Origin: Heptranchias perlo
Lineage: Eukaryota
Direction: 5' to 3'
NCBI RefSeq assembly: GCF_035084215.1
Contig: NC_090353.1
Location: 25,296,001 to 25,360,000 of the forward strand
Length of the DNA: 64,000 nucleotides
The position numbers were made by a program, and so were the translations under genes. Below, one piece after another: positions 61,680-64,000 of this stretch. How positions within the stretch are numbered: position 1 is the stretch's first letter; each line of letters starts with the position of its first letter. A model generated the notes under the pieces. That model was not told where the DNA came from and searched no databases. It saw only the letters and a list, made by a program, of their open reading frames with translations.

Positions 61680-63965
61680 TGGGTTTGAAGAGCATGTGCA
61701 TAAATGCACGGGGCCTGGTAAATAAGGTTGGTGAACTGCAGGCACAAGTAGTCACATGGGATTATGATATAGTGGCAAAAACGGAGACCTGGCTCAAACA
61801 AGGGGAGGAATGGGCATTTAATATTCCTGGCTACAGTTTATTCAGGAAAGATAGGGAAGGAAAAAGAGGAGGGGGAGGGGATGGCAGTATTGATGAAAGA
61901 TACTGTCACAGCACCAGAAAGGGATGATGTACGTGAGGGTCCAAAGACAGAATCTATTTGGTTAGAATTAAGGAACAATAGAGGAGCTGTTACGCTATTG
62001 GGTGTATACTATAGGCCACCAAATAGTGGGAAGGAGACGGAGCAAATTTGCAGGCAAATTACAGAAAGGTGCAAAAACGTTAGAGTAGTGATAATGGGGG
62101 ACTTCAATTATCCTAACAGACTGGGAAAATAACAGTGTAAAGGGCAAAGAGGGGGAGGAATTCCTGAAGTGTGTACAAGAGAACTTTCTTGATCAGTATG
62201 TTTACAGCACAATGAGGAAGAAAGCAGTGCTGGATCTAGTTCTGGGAAATGAAGTGTGCAAGTGGAGCATGTTTCAGTGGGGAAACATTTGGGAATCCGT
62301 GATCAAAATATCATTAGGTTTAGAGTAGTTCTGGAAAAGGACAAGGATAAATCAAATGTGAAAATACTCAACTGGAGGAGGGCTAATTTCAGTGAGTTGA
62401 ACAGGGATCTGGCCCAAGTGGATTGGAATCAAAAATTGGCAGGTAAAACAGTAGATGAGCAATGGGAGGCCTTTAAAGAGTTGATAGTTTGGGTACAGAC
62501 TAGACACTTTCCCATGAGGGAGAAAGGAACAGCATTCAAAGCTAGAGCTCCTGGATGAGTAAAGTTATAGAGATTAAAATGAAACAGAAAAAGGAGGCTT
62601 ATGATAAATGTCAGGTTCATAATTCAGTAGAGAACCAAGCTGAATACAAAAAGTACAGGGGAAATTTGAAAAAGGAAATAAGAGGGGCAAAGAGAGTGTA
62701 CGAGAGTAGATTAGCGGGTAACATAAAAGGGAACCCAAAAGTCTTTTATAAACATATAAATAATAAAAGGTAGTCAAAGGAAGGATGGGACCGATTAGTG
62801 ACCAAGAAGGAGATCTTATGGAGGTAGAGGGCATGCATGGCTGAGGAACTAAATGAGTACTTTGCATCTATCTTCACTAAAGAAGAGAATGCTGCCAATG
62901 TAAAGGAGGAGGTCCAATGTCACAGTAAAGGAGGAGGTAGTAGAGAAATTGGATAGGATAAAAATAGGTAAAGAGGAGGTATTTAAAAGGTTGGCAGCGC
63001 TCAAAGTAGAAAAGTCACCCGATGCATCCTAGGTTACTGAGGGAAGTAAGAATGGAAATGACGGAGGCTTTGGCCACAATCTTCCAATCCTCTTTAGATA
63101 TGGGAATGGTGCCAGAGGACTGGTTACACCTCTATTCAAAAAAGGGGAGAGAGATAAACCCAGCAACTATAGGCCAATCAGCCTAACGTCGGTGGTGGAG
63201 AAACTTTTAGGGACAATAATCTGGGACAAAGTTAATTGGCACTTGGAAAAAAATGAGTTACTAAATGAAAGCCAGAATGGATTTGATAAAGGCAAATCTT
63301 GATTGAGTTCTTTGATGAAGTAACAGAGAGAGTTGGTGAGGGTAGTGCGGTTGATGTTGTGCATCTGGACTTTCAAAAGGCGTTTGATAAAGTACCACAT
63401 AATAGACTTGTTAGCAAAAATGAATCTCCTGGGATTACAAGGAATGTGGCTGCGTGGATACGAAATTGGCTAAGGGACAAAAAGCAGAGAGTAGTGGTGA
63501 ACAGTTGTTTTTCAGAATGGAGGGAAATGTGCAATGGTGACCCTTAGGGGTCAGTATTGGGACCACTGCTCTTTTTGATATATATTAATGTCCTAGACTT
63601 GGGTATATAGGGCATAATTTCAAAGTTTGTAGATGACACGAAACTCAGAAATGTAGTAAACAGCGAGGAGGATTGTGACAGATTTCAGGAGGACATAGAC
63701 AGACTGGTGAAATGGGCAGAGACATGGCAGATGAAATTTAGCGCAGAGAAGTATGAAATGATACATTTTGGTAGGAAGAATGAGGAGAGGCAAAATGGTA
63801 AATGGTACAATTTGAAAGAGGGTGTACATACACATATCTTTGAAGATGGAAGAAGTTGAAAAGGCTGTTATAAGGGTACATGGGATCCTTGGCTTTATAA
63901 ATTGAGGCATAGAGTACAAAAGCAAGGAAGTTATGCTAAACCTTTATAAGAACATAAGAGTGTAA
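61680..63965 (+). mobile_element. Degraded near-complete CR1 LINE ORF2 (APE endonuclease + RT) in the ARHGAP45 intron
   Basis: Motifs MCINARGLVNK, ETWL, GVYYRPP, IMGDFNYP, VDVVHLDFQKAFDKVPH, GSVLGPLLF and KFVDDTKL, with multiple frameshifts and stops. Confidence 0.93.
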
Positions 63966-64000
63966 GAAATAGGAGCAGGAATAGGCCACACAGCCTCTTG

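Overview
Vertebrate genomic DNA; the repeat landscape (CR1/L2 LINEs, Deu-type and LF-type SINEs, Penelope-like termini, Harbinger relics) suggests a cartilaginous fish. There are three + strand genes. (1) The last two coding exons and long 3'UTR of BTBD2 (134-2120, polyA signal ~7630). (2) A complete 11-exon selectin-like type I membrane gene (13747-46363, 467 aa as reconstructed by hand): signal peptide, EPN-type C-type lectin, FIVE near-identical EGF exons, a single 6-Cys sushi domain, TM, and a tyrosine-motif tail ending in an ITIM consensus. The EGF exons are carried by a ~3.29-kb tandem array that has a CR1 LINE at each junction. (3) Two alternative first coding exons of ARHGAP45/HMHA1 (59146, 59570). 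The window also holds a 322-bp inverted duplication centred on a fold-back Penelope-like terminus, a 125-bp perfect inverted duplication inside a CR1, a ~570-bp 3'UTR copy inserted between 14-bp direct repeats, hammerhead-like motifs and two inverted Harbinger elements. Gene names come from recalled protein sequences, not from database searches. Repeat boundaries are approximate.
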